A stretch of DNA of 64,000 nt from a virus (IMGVR_UViG_2974596396_000001:24254-88253), one strand, 5' to 3'; shown: positions 17,604-27,493, counted from the stretch's first letter. The notes: generated by a model from the letters alone, not told the origin. Numbers and translations are program-made.

Positions 17604-18506
17604 CTACGCCTTACGCATTAGCCCCAGAAGGGACACGGATGAGGTCTTTGGTTCTTCCTTGGCGCTGGCCTTCATTTTAGTTTTGGATGCCTTCTGCGGC
17701 TTCTCAGGCACTCTGTGAGCCAAAGGATCCTGACCGCCGACTTCACGTGTCATCGGTTTGGTTTCACAATAACCGTAGAAGTCTTTGATGTCGAGATCGA
17801 TCGCACCAATATCCATCTGGTATGCGATGGCAACACCAACAACCCAAAGAGGAGCATCAAACGGCATAACCGCTATTTCGCTGCGGTGGTCCATGTCATA
17901 CACATTTTCATTAGGCTTCATGTATACGACATCTTGCCCACTGTAATCATCCACGGCAACAGTCCAGCCAAGCGCCAGCATTTCTGCTTTCGACTTCTCG
18001 AACTCCTTGGAGTAGGATTCGTTGCGTGACCAGCCGGAGTCCCCCGCTTCTTTACCAGAGCGCCCACGGATGCGGGCATCGTACTGATAGCGGTCTGGAT
18101 ATGCAAAGTACAGCAGCGCCAGAGATTCAATCGGATAGTTCTTGAACATCCATTCAGGACGCCACTTGTCCGACAGCATCAGGGGTTCTCCCTCACACAC
18201 GAGAGTATATCCCTGAGCCAGCCAACCCTTGACGAGGTCGCGAGCAATATCTCCAGAGCCTGTGGCAGCATGAATGGCGTCCATAGAGGTCCAAGACGCC
18301 AGGCCGGATTTATTGGACACAGTGTATTGGCCGACGAAGATTAATTTCAGCTCTTCAAATTTCAGGCCGAAAGGGCGCGTCTTATCCCCAACGGTGTACG
18401 ACAATTCAGTCGGCTCCAGCTTAGTGCGGAGCCATTCGATGAACTGGACGACACGAGTCCCCTTGCCACTACCACTTGTTCCTTTGATTACGATGATCTT
18501 TGCCAT
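17604..18506 (-). CDS. P-loop kinase, putative 5-hydroxymethyluracil DNA kinase
   Basis: 300 aa; IVIKGTSGSGKGT Walker A, LVCEGE; close to the aGPT-PPlase2 gene. Confidence 0.7.
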   Translation of the reverse strand: MAKIIVIKGTSGSGKGTRVVQFIEWLRTKLEPTELSYTVGDKTRPFGLKFEELKLIFVGQYTVSNKSGLASWTSMDAIHAATGSGDIARDLVKGWLAQGYTLVCEGEPLMLSDKWRPEWMFKNYPIESLALLYFAYPDRYQYDARIRGRSGKEAGDSGWSRNESYSKEFEKSKAEMLALGWTVAVDDYSGQDVVYMKPNENVYDMDHRSEIAVMPFDAPLWVVGVAIAYQMDIGAIDLDIKDFYGYCETKPMTREVGGQDPLAHRVPEKPQKASKTKMKASAKEEPKTSSVSLLGLMRKA

Positions 18507-18811
18507 TATACAGCATCCTCAATACGCCAACTCACCCCACCCAACCAAGGTGCCCAAAACACGGCAACTTGCGGATGACCATTTTCTTCAAACTTCACTT
18601 TATACTGGTCGTCAAAGTTATAGAAAATTTCGTCATCATCAGGTGCCATACCGTTTTCGATCAGAACTCGTTTTAATTCCAACGCCGCACCAACGGAAGT
18701 TGGAGGATTCTGATTACGGATGAAGTTATTCACATGGATAATGATGCCATCCATATCACTGTCACCGGAACGCTTGTCAGGGCTTTCTACAACTTTATTT
18801 TGTTCTTGCAC
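18506..18811 (-). CDS. hypothetical protein
   Basis: 101 aa, GTG start with GGAG SD. Confidence 0.65.
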   Translation of the reverse strand: MQEQNKVVESPDKRSGDSDMDGIIIHVNNFIRNQNPPTSVGAALELKRVLIENGMAPDDDEIFYNFDDQYKVKFEENGHPQVAVFWAPWLGGVSWRIEDAV

Positions 18812-18820
18812 GATGTGCTC

Positions 18821-19603
18821 CTATCGGACATATTGATAATGAGAAACCAGGCGATTCACCACTTCATCGAGGTTACGGTTTAAGAAGTCAAAGTGGTTTT
18901 GGCCTTCTACATGCTTAATATAAAGCATATCCTCGCAATCCGAAAGATCCAGTTTTTCATAATTGCCCTGAGGGACAAAGATAACGAAGATGTTATTCAG
19001 AGCACAAGGTTCAACATACTTCGGATTATCGTCGATCAGGACATCACCAGCAAGCAGATGCTTTTCATCGGTGCTGACGAACCCATTAATCAAAGATTCA
19101 AAGTGATGATAGATGAACTGACGCTTGCTGCGTTCGTGTTCCGGTTCGCATTTTGTAACTGCCACCATTTCCACTTGCTCAAACTTCTGAAGGAGAGCGG
19201 CCTTTAAATTCGTCAGGAATTGAACCGCACCTGGCAGTGGTGACATTCTGGAATACAGATCAGGCATGCGCCACCAATCCATCGGATCACGTCCTGTTGG
19301 CGAATCCATCCACTGACCAGCAACGAATACACGGCGCGTTAACCAGGCCGGATGCGCACGTTCACGCATGAGGATGGCCAAATCACCTGCGTGTGACATA
19401 TAACACTCTTTGGTGATTGGCTGAAATTCGGCCGGATAATCGTGGCATCCCATATTTTCCGCAGCGGCTTTAGAATTAGAGATATTGAACCATTCAACCC
19501 ACGGAGAAAGGGAATCAACCAGAGTCAGATCCACATCCACCAGAACGCGATATAACCCGCCGATTTTAGAACATGCATTATACAGACCAACGTGATTATT
19601 CAT
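18821..19603 (-). CDS. 5'(3')-deoxyribonucleotidase (HAD/NT5C family); start revised to MNNHVG
   Basis: VLVDVDLTLVD (DxDxT) and GDVLIDDNP motifs. Confidence 0.85.
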   Translation of the reverse strand: MNNHVGLYNACSKIGGLYRVLVDVDLTLVDSLSPWVEWFNISNSKAAAENMGCHDYPAEFQPITKECYMSHAGDLAILMRERAHPAWLTRRVFVAGQWMDSPTGRDPMDWWRMPDLYSRMSPLPGAVQFLTNLKAALLQKFEQVEMVAVTKCEPEHERSKRQFIYHHFESLINGFVSTDEKHLLAGDVLIDDNPKYVEPCALNNIFVIFVPQGNYEKLDLSDCEDMLYIKHVEGQNHFDFLNRNLDEVVNRLVSHYQYVR

Positions 19604-19940
19604 CAGATTTCTCCACATTGTCATAACCCGTTGCGGTGCATTGCTCTTCGGTGCAATCAGCATACAGAACTACAGAAGATTCCTTCACGTAAGTGGTGCA
19701 GTGATAGGTTTCATCTTCCTGGATGGAATCATCATAATTGCAAACAGTTTGCAACGGACCAGGAGTCGTGTTGTCCAAAGCTGCATGTGCCTTGATGGTG
19801 TCTTCCATCTTATTCACCGCTTGGTGATTGGTGAACGTCGGCGCATCGAGGTCAACAGTAGACGCAACGTCCAGAAGGGTAGAGCATGCAGTGGTAGAGA
19901 AAGCCAGAGCACACACCAGAAGAATCTTATTGAGTTTCAT
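19596..19940 (-). CDS. lipoprotein
   Basis: MKLNKILLVCALAFSTTA-C signal peptide with lipobox. Confidence 0.75.
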   Translation of the reverse strand: MKLNKILLVCALAFSTTACSTLLDVASTVDLDAPTFTNHQAVNKMEDTIKAHAALDNTTPGPLQTVCNYDDSIQEDETYHCTTYVKESSVVLYADCTEEQCTATGYDNVEKSDE

Positions 19941-19974
19941 AACAATACCTGTTGTCAAAGGGATAACAGGGGGA

Positions 19975-20000
19975 ATTATATCCCCCTTTGTTTTATTGAA
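19975..20000 (-). promoter_or_regulatory. phage promoter TTCAAT-N14-TATAAT
   Basis: perfect match; -10 lies in the loop of GGGGA/TCCCC. Confidence 0.8.
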
Positions 20001-22997
20001 TCAACCTTTCTTGCCCATCATGGACAACAGATTAACTCGACGTTTGTGAGACCAACCAACCACGTCTAGAATAGACTGAATCGGCTCTATGAAGGTCTTT
20101 TCAAACGTGGTGTGGTAATCTACCCACTTATCCAGCCCCAACTCCGGAGGGAGGAAGTCAGGGAAGGCTATGCGGTCGTTCCCCACAGGGTTCCCAGGTT
20201 TCAGGTTAATGATTTTAACCTTATCGCCAGATTCTATCGGCGGGAGACCGAGGTCTTCATGCTTGTCTATCAGCTTGTTGTACATAATACAAGCCTTGGC
20301 AGCAAAGTGTGTGCCACTGATATAATTTCCGTTGCCGTCTAACCACTTCTCAATATCACTAACGCCAGAGGCTTGAGCAATATCATCCACGGTTAATTCC
20401 ATATATTCCTTCTTATAACCCGCGATCAATTCCTGAACTTCAGCCTCCGTCCCCAGCAGAACTTTCTCATAGCATTTAACCAGACGCTCACGACACCATT
20501 CCGGCGTTGTAGATTTACGCGCTTCCAGACCTTTGAATTTGATCTTTGGTTTCTCATACTTGATGCCTTCGCTATCGTATACTGCCATACAATACATCTT
20601 CTTGGCTCGCCATACAGCAGACGATGCGATGACCTCACGTTCCCAGACCATGCGCTGCTCAAACCCGTTCATGGTATTACACAACAACTGCGCCCATTCA
20701 CTGGTTTTTGGCTGGTAATTCTCTTTGATCCATTGGTCGATGTTATCAACAAGTTTATGATGATCCTTTTCATCAGGCCATAATTGCTTGACCAGGCGTT
20801 CAATGCAAATGTAGTTGGAGTCAGTATCACCCGCGATAACAAAATCCTGACCAGTAGTACCACAAAGTTTGTTCAGATAATCATCAGTGTGGCGTTTGTT
20901 CCATTTGTTGATCAGCTGGCCGGAAGTGGTAATTGCTTCAGCGATGTTGTTGTTGAAGTATTCTTTAAACCAGACGTTAGAAATTGCGCCATATCCTGCG
21001 TTCATCAAGATCTTCAGACCTTGTTGTAACGTATCTTGGGCAACTCCCAAATCTTCCCACTTATGCATGACTTCAGTCAGGTGATCAAGGTCGATATGCT
21101 TGTGTTCTTCATACCATTCAGGATCGTAGAAACGAGACTTCATGGCGGATTCAAGGTGGAAATCACCTTTAGACATTTCCTTACACCAACCAGCCCATTG
21201 CTCATACTTCAGGCCAGTTGCTTTCTCTCCTTTACGGTCAGCGTATATGCCTCGCATAATTTCGGAAAGGAAGGACATCTTCTCATTACTGAAGAACTGA
21301 ACGTTCGGGGTAAACGAAACGTTATATCGGCGTAGTGTTTCAAAATGGAATTCGCCCAGCGCGACCAATTCATCAACAACTTGTATGCGTTCATCAATAG
21401 CACGCTGCAACTTGTCGTGAAGATTTTTGAGATGACGACGTTTATTCATCGGCGTTGTCATATCATTCATCGCTTTGGTCAATTCCTCACACATGGCCTC
21501 AATAATATCACGGCGTGTGTGCTTGTCAGAAACGATAGTCTCTGGACCAAGGTTGTATTGCTGTATGATGTGGGGATACAGGGAGTTTAAGTCCTCAGAG
21601 AAGACCCAGAAATATATCCCTGGTGCAACCTCCATGACATATGCGCCTTCAAAATCTGTTGGTCCATCATAGACGCGCTGGATTTTCGGGACAATCCCCT
21701 TCTCATAAAGACGATAATAGCACATCGCCAGCCACGGTGCTACAGTGCCGAGGCCGTCTTCATAGTTGGATTTAGTGCGATAAGCCAATACAAACATCAG
21801 CTGTATCAAACGCAGTTTTTGTTCTAAGCGCCACACCAGCTTGACGTCTTTGATACCATATCGCGTATGCTTGCAATAATCATTGAAATAAAGGTCATAC
21901 AATGATTTGCTTTCACTATAATCCAACTTTTTCTCACCGAGTTCACAATAAGCGATCCAGTCCAGTGAGTATTTTTCGCGGGTGGTGTAAGTGTGTTTCT
22001 TGTACACTTGCATGTAGTCCATCATTGGACAACCCACAAACTGATAAGACGTGACGTCGCCTTTACGGTCTTTGATGAAACGTTTCTTCAGTTTACCCCA
22101 AGGACTGAGACGCTGGGCTTCGGATTCACCAAGAACCTGCGTAATTCGTTCAACCAAATAGGGGCTATCGAACGTTTCAATGTTCCACCCCGTCCAACCG
22201 TCAAATTGACGCTGCGACCAGTAGTTAAGGAATGAACGCAGCAGATCCTGCTCGGTGACGAACTCCATATACTCAACCTGAAGCCCACCGATTTCAGGAT
22301 CGTTCTCATCATACCTGAACTTCGCGCGATCCTTGGAACACGGCATGCCCCAGACATAGAATTTATTGGTATTCATATCTTGGAGCTGTATCAGCGTAAT
22401 AGGGAACGCCGCATTCATGTTCTGTGTGATTTTACCGTTACTGTCAATTATAGGGAATTGGTCAGTCACGTTGTTGGAAATAAAGGAACCAGGGAAATGC
22501 TCCCGAACGAAATCATGGTTGGCCAGTACTTGCTTATGGAAACGACGAACCCGCGCCTCGCTCCCCTTAAACGTGTGGGATTCAATCGTCGCGTGAGGAA
22601 ATGGGCCTTTAGTCATTTCTCCATCGCGCCACCCAGCCGAGAAAACTTCGATATCCACGTTGGCGATGTGAATATTTGAGTAATCGGGGGTAATCATCCC
22701 AGGAAAACTATGCGCTATGAATTGATATGCATAATCCGTTTGTCCGTAAACGGCAGCGCCTTCGACCTCCTTGTACTCCTCAAGATAGTTGTCGGCGTCA
22801 CGCATTGACGCAAATTTTTTAGACACCAACGGTTCATTGAGGAGGCCAATCTTTTCAACTTTGGAATAATCGGCTGTGGGTAAATACAAGGTGGGTTCGA
22901 ATTTCTTACGCAACATTCGGCGATTGCCGTTGTCGTCTGCAATACGAATCAGAAGGTCGTTACCCTGTCGGGCAACGTTCGTATAGAAAACAGTCAT
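20001..22997 (-). CDS. gp43: family B DNA polymerase; start revised to MTVFYTNV
   Basis: DIEV exo I, GWNIETFD exo II, EDLNSLYPHII, KILMNAGYG, IAGDTDSNY; no intein seen. Confidence 0.97.
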   Translation of the reverse strand: MTVFYTNVARQGNDLLIRIADDNGNRRMLRKKFEPTLYLPTADYSKVEKIGLLNEPLVSKKFASMRDADNYLEEYKEVEGAAVYGQTDYAYQFIAHSFPGMITPDYSNIHIANVDIEVFSAGWRDGEMTKGPFPHATIESHTFKGSEARVRRFHKQVLANHDFVREHFPGSFISNNVTDQFPIIDSNGKITQNMNAAFPITLIQLQDMNTNKFYVWGMPCSKDRAKFRYDENDPEIGGLQVEYMEFVTEQDLLRSFLNYWSQRQFDGWTGWNIETFDSPYLVERITQVLGESEAQRLSPWGKLKKRFIKDRKGDVTSYQFVGCPMMDYMQVYKKHTYTTREKYSLDWIAYCELGEKKLDYSESKSLYDLYFNDYCKHTRYGIKDVKLVWRLEQKLRLIQLMFVLAYRTKSNYEDGLGTVAPWLAMCYYRLYEKGIVPKIQRVYDGPTDFEGAYVMEVAPGIYFWVFSEDLNSLYPHIIQQYNLGPETIVSDKHTRRDIIEAMCEELTKAMNDMTTPMNKRRHLKNLHDKLQRAIDERIQVVDELVALGEFHFETLRRYNVSFTPNVQFFSNEKMSFLSEIMRGIYADRKGEKATGLKYEQWAGWCKEMSKGDFHLESAMKSRFYDPEWYEEHKHIDLDHLTEVMHKWEDLGVAQDTLQQGLKILMNAGYGAISNVWFKEYFNNNIAEAITTSGQLINKWNKRHTDDYLNKLCGTTGQDFVIAGDTDSNYICIERLVKQLWPDEKDHHKLVDNIDQWIKENYQPKTSEWAQLLCNTMNGFEQRMVWEREVIASSAVWRAKKMYCMAVYDSEGIKYEKPKIKFKGLEARKSTTPEWCRERLVKCYEKVLLGTEAEVQELIAGYKKEYMELTVDDIAQASGVSDIEKWLDGNGNYISGTHFAAKACIMYNKLIDKHEDLGLPPIESGDKVKIINLKPGNPVGNDRIAFPDFLPPELGLDKWVDYHTTFEKTFIEPIQSILDVVGWSHKRRVNLLSMMGKKG

Positions 22998-23058
22998 TGT
23001 TTGTCTCCGGTTAACCGTGCCGTCAGCACGTCCCCGTAATTTAACCGAGGAACGTTCA

Positions 23059-23649
23059 ATGACCAAGGAGTTTAAAATGGCAATCCCCTTTGTGAGCATG
23101 ATTCCAGGGGCGCTAAAGCAACTCTGGAATCTTGGGACTGATTTGGTGCAATATAAGCGGGAAATTGTTCAGGCTAAACACGATGTTAAACTGGAGGCAA
23201 TAAAGTCTTCTTCAGAATGGGAACTTTCTAAGATTACCGAAGTCGGCGGTTCTTGGAAAGATGAATTCTGGACAATCGTTTTGGCTGTTCCCGCTATCCT
23301 TGTTATGATCGCTCCGGTTGTGGAACTTCTAATGTTCCCCACCGAGTATCATAAAGGGGATTTCATCAAAGCAGTAATTGATGGTATGCAAGCCCTTGAA
23401 ACAGCACCTGATTGGTATACTGCTTCGTTATTGACAGCGATTAGTGCATCATTCGGCATTAAAGGATACAATCACTACAAAAGCAACAGCCGGAAGGCGC
23501 AAGCTGTGGATGCTCTCAAACAGTTTGGGGTCAAAGTGGTTAACAAAGATCCCACTGTTGTTACTCAGTCGGGTTCTCCCGATCTTGAGTCTGCTCCCCC
23601 AGCTGGGTCTACTGCGACCTCTGGTGCGTGGCCTGATCTGAAGAAATAA
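23059..23649 (+). CDS. putative holin (3TM holin-like) with two in-frame starts (23059, 23077)
   Basis: WKDEFWTIVLAVPAILVM...PDWYTASLLTAISASFGIK resembles the 3TM holin family. Confidence 0.55.
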   Translation: MTKEFKMAIPFVSMIPGALKQLWNLGTDLVQYKREIVQAKHDVKLEAIKSSSEWELSKITEVGGSWKDEFWTIVLAVPAILVMIAPVVELLMFPTEYHKGDFIKAVIDGMQALETAPDWYTASLLTAISASFGIKGYNHYKSNSRKAQAVDALKQFGVKVVNKDPTVVTQSGSPDLESAPPAGSTATSGAWPDLKK

Positions 23650-23654
23650 GTTCA

Positions 23655-23680
23655 AGGGGAGGAAACTCCCCTTTCTTTTG
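23655..23680 (+). terminator. intrinsic terminator
   Basis: GGGGAG-GAAA-CTCCCC followed by TTTCTTTT. Confidence 0.75.
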
Positions 23681-23690
23681 GTGTTAGGGA

Positions 23691-23903
23691 ATGAAAGTGG
23701 TAAACAAGAGATTGCTCGTTACCCAAGGCGGGGCGACGATAGTACGCGGAAGGATATATGAACAAACACAGCTGGGTGATCATAAGACTCGTCTGACGGT
23801 TAAAGCACCCGACGGTGGTTGGCCAACAAAGGTGATTGTCCCAGACGGCCTCATAGAACGAGGGACGGCGACGTATAAAGGAGCAGAGTTCAAAATTTAT
23901 TAA
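23691..23903 (+). CDS. hypothetical protein
   Basis: 70 aa, AGGGA SD. Confidence 0.6.
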   Translation: MKVVNKRLLVTQGGATIVRGRIYEQTQLGDHKTRLTVKAPDGGWPTKVIVPDGLIERGTATYKGAEFKIY

Positions 23904-23920
23904 AATATTTATTGAATAAA

Positions 23921-23949
23921 GTTTACTTCTTCAATAACTGGCGTATACT
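23921..23949 (+). promoter_or_regulatory. sigma70-like early promoter GTTTAC-N17-TATACT
   Basis: T4-early-like -35 with 17-nt spacer; a TTCAAT box overlaps it. Confidence 0.65.
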
Positions 23950-23998
23950 TCTAATTGTAGTACGAACAAACAACAATCTGAAGAGAAGGAAATACATC

Positions 23999-24556
23999 AT
24001 GGCAATCGAAATTATCGCTCAATCAAAATCAGGCAAAACAGTTCTGTTCGGAACCGAAGAAGGTCGTGCAATCACCACCCTGGGTACGGTTGACGGCAGC
24101 AATCCAGTAAAAGGCGGTCGCTTTCTGGTTGAATACGGTTCTCGTGTTGTAATGATAAGCAAAATCGATGGTCGTGAAATCACTGCTCCTCGCCAAGAGT
24201 TCTTTGATTCACGTTCCGCTGCCATGCAGTTCTTTTTCTTCCAGAAACGTCATGAACTGTTCGTTGAAGCGAAAGACGCAGGTCTGGACGACGCGACGGC
24301 TGAACTGATTGCCGAAGGTAAAATGACTCTTGAGGCTGCTCTCGGAGACATGGATTGCGAAGCCGAAGCACATTATATTGAATATTCCGCATATCAGAAC
24401 GAATGTGAAGATGATCCGGAAGATGACGGCTTCGACCCTGACCTCCACGGCGGTGAAGACGATAACACCCCTTCCCTAGAAGTTCTGATGGCTGGCGGTC
24501 AGGCCGCTTGGGAATGGCAGAACGAGAAGAACGCCTGGCTGGATTCCCGTATCTAA
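23999..24556 (+). CDS. acidic hypothetical protein (start revised to MAIEII)
   Basis: AAGGA SD; Asp/Glu-rich C-terminus. Confidence 0.7.
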   Translation: MAIEIIAQSKSGKTVLFGTEEGRAITTLGTVDGSNPVKGGRFLVEYGSRVVMISKIDGREITAPRQEFFDSRSAAMQFFFFQKRHELFVEAKDAGLDDATAELIAEGKMTLEAALGDMDCEAEAHYIEYSAYQNECEDDPEDDGFDPDLHGGEDDNTPSLEVLMAGGQAAWEWQNEKNAWLDSRI

Positions 24557-24604
24557 TTGATTGAAACCCCTTCGGGGGCTTACTTTGAACTGAAGGACTA
24601 TATC

Positions 24605-25150
24605 ATGAGCAACCCAAAAACTCCTGTCCGTATTGCCGTCGAGCCTCTACTGGTTGATGCTGAGAATGCTGCTGAGCAGTACGCGAACAAAGTCATCAAG
24701 AATATAATGGACGATCTGGCCTCCAACGGCTGGGACGTCGAGAAGTGCGCTCCGTGGCCGTCTTCGGTTGGCGTCAAGTTTGGTGATCCAGATTACCAAC
24801 GAATGAAATCAAAACACGCGCTCTACCGTTCTTTGACCCAGGCAGTGAATCCTTCTTACATACCTGGGAAGCCGGATATTGTCAAAGCTGATCCTGAGCG
24901 CCATGCTCTGTTTGTCAAAGAAGCACGTCGAAACGCTGCGATGCAATATGAGTCTTTCATTTGTAAACTGGAAAACAAAATTGGTGGTCATAGCGCGGCT
25001 GTACTGAACGGTTCCCATGTATGGGGTTATTCAATCCTGACCGTGACTACACCAGAGGGGATTCAGCGCTGGAAGACTCAGACGATTATCAATATGTCCA
25101 AGTTGGGCAAACTCTTTAACCAATATCCAACCAGGAAGGTGAAGGAGTAA
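24605..25150 (+). CDS. hypothetical protein (start revised to MSNPKT)
   Basis: AAGGA SD before ATG at 24605. Confidence 0.7.
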   Translation: MSNPKTPVRIAVEPLLVDAENAAEQYANKVIKNIMDDLASNGWDVEKCAPWPSSVGVKFGDPDYQRMKSKHALYRSLTQAVNPSYIPGKPDIVKADPERHALFVKEARRNAAMQYESFICKLENKIGGHSAAVLNGSHVWGYSILTVTTPEGIQRWKTQTIINMSKLGKLFNQYPTRKVKE

Positions 25151-25159
25151 AATTAGAAC

Positions 25160-25190
25160 AACAAAGGGGCATTAAGCCCCTTTGTTTATT
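25160..25190. terminator. bidirectional terminator between convergent genes
   Basis: AACAAAGGGGC-ATTAA-GCCCCTTTGTT. Confidence 0.75.
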
Positions 25191-25644
25191 TCCCATCCCA
25201 AAAGTCGTCTTCATCGTCGTCTTTATCAAACGCAGAATCCAATTCTTCGTCAGAGTACTCTGGAAGGCGACCATTCTGTTTCAGATATTCAATCTCGTCA
25301 TCTTCCAATTGAAGATCCGTTGCTATAAACAGCGCTCCAGTCTCTTCATCATGTTCAATGCTATAAGACGTATATTCAGAACCTTGAACTGTAATGATGA
25401 TAGATGTCGGATCTTCTGGATCCACGTGGGCTTCAAACGGGATACCGTCAATCGGAGCGTCTTCTAAGAATGTTGCAAGGGCTACGGCAGCGCGGACAAC
25501 ATCCGTACCCTGTACCGATGCATAAATTTCTTCTGCGCCCGTTTCCCCGCGCTCAAAGAATTCAATCGTTGTCCCGTCTTGAACCCCAGTCCAGATAGGC
25601 ATATCGGCTGGCGTATCGGCTTCAAATAATTTTGAAATTGGCAT
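25186..25644 (-). CDS. acidic late hypothetical protein
   Basis: 152 aa; preceded by CTAAATA at 25676-25682. Confidence 0.7.
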   Translation of the reverse strand: MPISKLFEADTPADMPIWTGVQDGTTIEFFERGETGAEEIYASVQGTDVVRAAVALATFLEDAPIDGIPFEAHVDPEDPTSIIITVQGSEYTSYSIEHDEETGALFIATDLQLEDDEIEYLKQNGRLPEYSDEELDSAFDKDDDEDDFWDGK

Positions 25645-25678
25645 GTTCGTTTCCTCTTGGATAAACCTTATGGGATAT

Positions 25679-26128
25679 TTAGGCTTCTCTCTTTGCCAGC
25701 CCTGGTTTGAATACCACCATTTCTTCTACGTTATTGGCGCTCATAGAGGCTATGGAATCGAATCCTTTATTGATAAGTTCCTTCACATTATCGTGAATCT
25801 TACCAGGTTCTATTCCCAACTCATGCATTTTGTTTTCCCAAACAGAAACGTTATTAGAATCTATTACCAGAGTCTTCTTGGCCTTAACACGAAATGCCAT
25901 GACAACAGGTTCACCAGATTGACGATAGCGAACGGCGTTTTCTGCGTAGATCTGCGCTTTTTCTGGATCCCCTGTCAAGTAAAATCCAGCACCCATCGTA
26001 CCAGAGTCAGTCTGGCCAAATTTTTCAAAGTCAAAGACGTCGAATTCAACATTCGATCCATGATATAAAACAATATCCGTAAAATCGGGTAATGTTGATT
26101 CACGATAGAATTCTAGAAAGGTTTTCAT
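25679..26128 (-). CDS. ADP-ribosyltransferase-like protein with T4 internal-protein-like N-terminus
   Basis: 149 aa; YHGS...GFYLT...AQIYA...EEMVVF; starts MKTFLEFYRE. Confidence 0.65.
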   Translation of the reverse strand: MKTFLEFYRESTLPDFTDIVLYHGSNVEFDVFDFEKFGQTDSGTMGAGFYLTGDPEKAQIYAENAVRYRQSGEPVVMAFRVKAKKTLVIDSNNVSVWENKMHELGIEPGKIHDNVKELINKGFDSIASMSANNVEEMVVFKPGLAKREA

Positions 26129-26162
26129 AGATACCCCACACTTGCTGTATGGGGTATTTAGG
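26128..26162 (-). promoter_or_regulatory. late promoter CTAAATA overlapping an RBS-sequestering hairpin
   Basis: ATACCCCATA/TGTGGGGTAT arms; SD in the 3' arm. Confidence 0.7.
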
Positions 26163-26167
26163 AGGGA

Positions 26168-27493
26168 TCAATCAGGGGTAAACTCGTTCACAGGAACTTG
26201 TTCCGGCATAGACAATTCGGGGCATGCTGCCTTCATTGACTCAATATACGGCTTGCTACCAACAATCCAGAACAGAGTATTTTCGTTGAGCAGTTCTGGC
26301 TTATGCTGTTGGATCCAGGTCATGACCTTGCCTTCATAGCGAGGATGCAACTCAATATCGCCCCACTGGTAATCCATCAGGTCATTATAGCGAACCCAAT
26401 TCGTTGTATGCAAATCCCAATGGTGTACTGCAAAGCGTGGGAGCGTTATCTCCGGCTCTCCCTTCTCGCGGATACCCATCAGGAGGCCAGCCAGCGAAAC
26501 GCTCTTAGAGGCATGCTGAAGATCCTTCTTGCCGTACACATAATCTGGGTTGTCGTGGTAGCAACGAGTGAAATCCGTTATGTGTGGAAGATTAGCTTGT
26601 TTTCCAATAACACGCAAACGGCTTTCAATAAAGTCCAGACGGTTGGGACCAATCCCGATCAGATATACATTTTTCAGATTCGGTTTCGGGTGCATAGCCA
26701 GCCCTGTCAAAATGCTGGTACAAGAATTACATGACCCCGCAGGAATGATCAGATCTGTGATATGGTCCGGAATGTTAGCAACCTGCTCGCCGCCCAGCAT
26801 ATGGAATCCTGCAATTCGCTCTGGAGAATGCAACGTATGATCCAAAGTGATCCCATATTCTAGATAATATGCTTTTGGATTCTGCTGCTCAATCAATTTC
26901 TTGCAGCGCGGTTGGATAGTGCTGTTGTAACCCGAACCGACGAAGTTGAATTCGCTGCCGAACCATGCACTCATCTTAACCATATCGTGGTTCATACAGG
27001 TGGTTGGTTTGGTCGCGCCCAGGACTGTAGTTGTCTTGCCGCCAAAATGCCGAGAGACTGCCGTCGCCATAGGGGACTGCGGACTACCAACAACAGTGCC
27101 ATGGATAAGGTCGGGGGAGCCTCCGACCTTGAGGTGCTCAACCATCAGCCAGATGGCCTGACGCAATTTACTACCATTGATCCCCTGCTTACCATTCATA
27201 TAACAAGACAGCGGCGCGAAGTAATCTTCACGTTTGAACCAGACCTGCTGATTGGTTTCGGGGTTGGCAACGAGTTCGCACGGGGTGTGTTTGTAGAGGT
27301 AGTCTTCCCAGTGAATGATATTTCTATCAAGTGAGAGAGCATTGAAGATTGTTTTACGCCCTGCCATAAGGGCGTCAGGGGTATATGGGGCAAAGATGAT
27401 ACCTTCTTTCGCCATCTCTTCTTTTAGAGTAGTGGCCAAGAGTTCTTCCACTTCTTCACCGTGTAAAATTTCTTGTTCGGATGTAGGCTTCAT
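26168..27493 (-). CDS. PLP-dependent enzyme (fold II), putative decarboxylase of the thymidine hypermodification pathway
   Basis: 441 aa; VWFKREDY, INGSKLRQ (PLP lysine), IPAGSCNS. Confidence 0.75.
   Translation of the reverse strand: MKPTSEQEILHGEEVEELLATTLKEEMAKEGIIFAPYTPDALMAGRKTIFNALSLDRNIIHWEDYLYKHTPCELVANPETNQQVWFKREDYFAPLSCYMNGKQGINGSKLRQAIWLMVEHLKVGGSPDLIHGTVVGSPQSPMATAVSRHFGGKTTTVLGATKPTTCMNHDMVKMSAWFGSEFNFVGSGYNSTIQPRCKKLIEQQNPKAYYLEYGITLDHTLHSPERIAGFHMLGGEQVANIPDHITDLIIPAGSCNSCTSILTGLAMHPKPNLKNVYLIGIGPNRLDFIESRLRVIGKQANLPHITDFTRCYHDNPDYVYGKKDLQHASKSVSLAGLLMGIREKGEPEITLPRFAVHHWDLHTTNWVRYNDLMDYQWGDIELHPRYEGKVMTWIQQHKPELLNENTLFWIVGSKPYIESMKAACPELSMPEQVPVNEFTPD

Noticed and set aside
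20001-23099. Intein or intron in the DNA polymerase; 1032-aa N-terminal extension
   Set aside because: Polymerase motifs are contiguous with no Cys...His-Asn block; the upstream extension overlaps the holin start, and an SD-supported ATG lies at 22997
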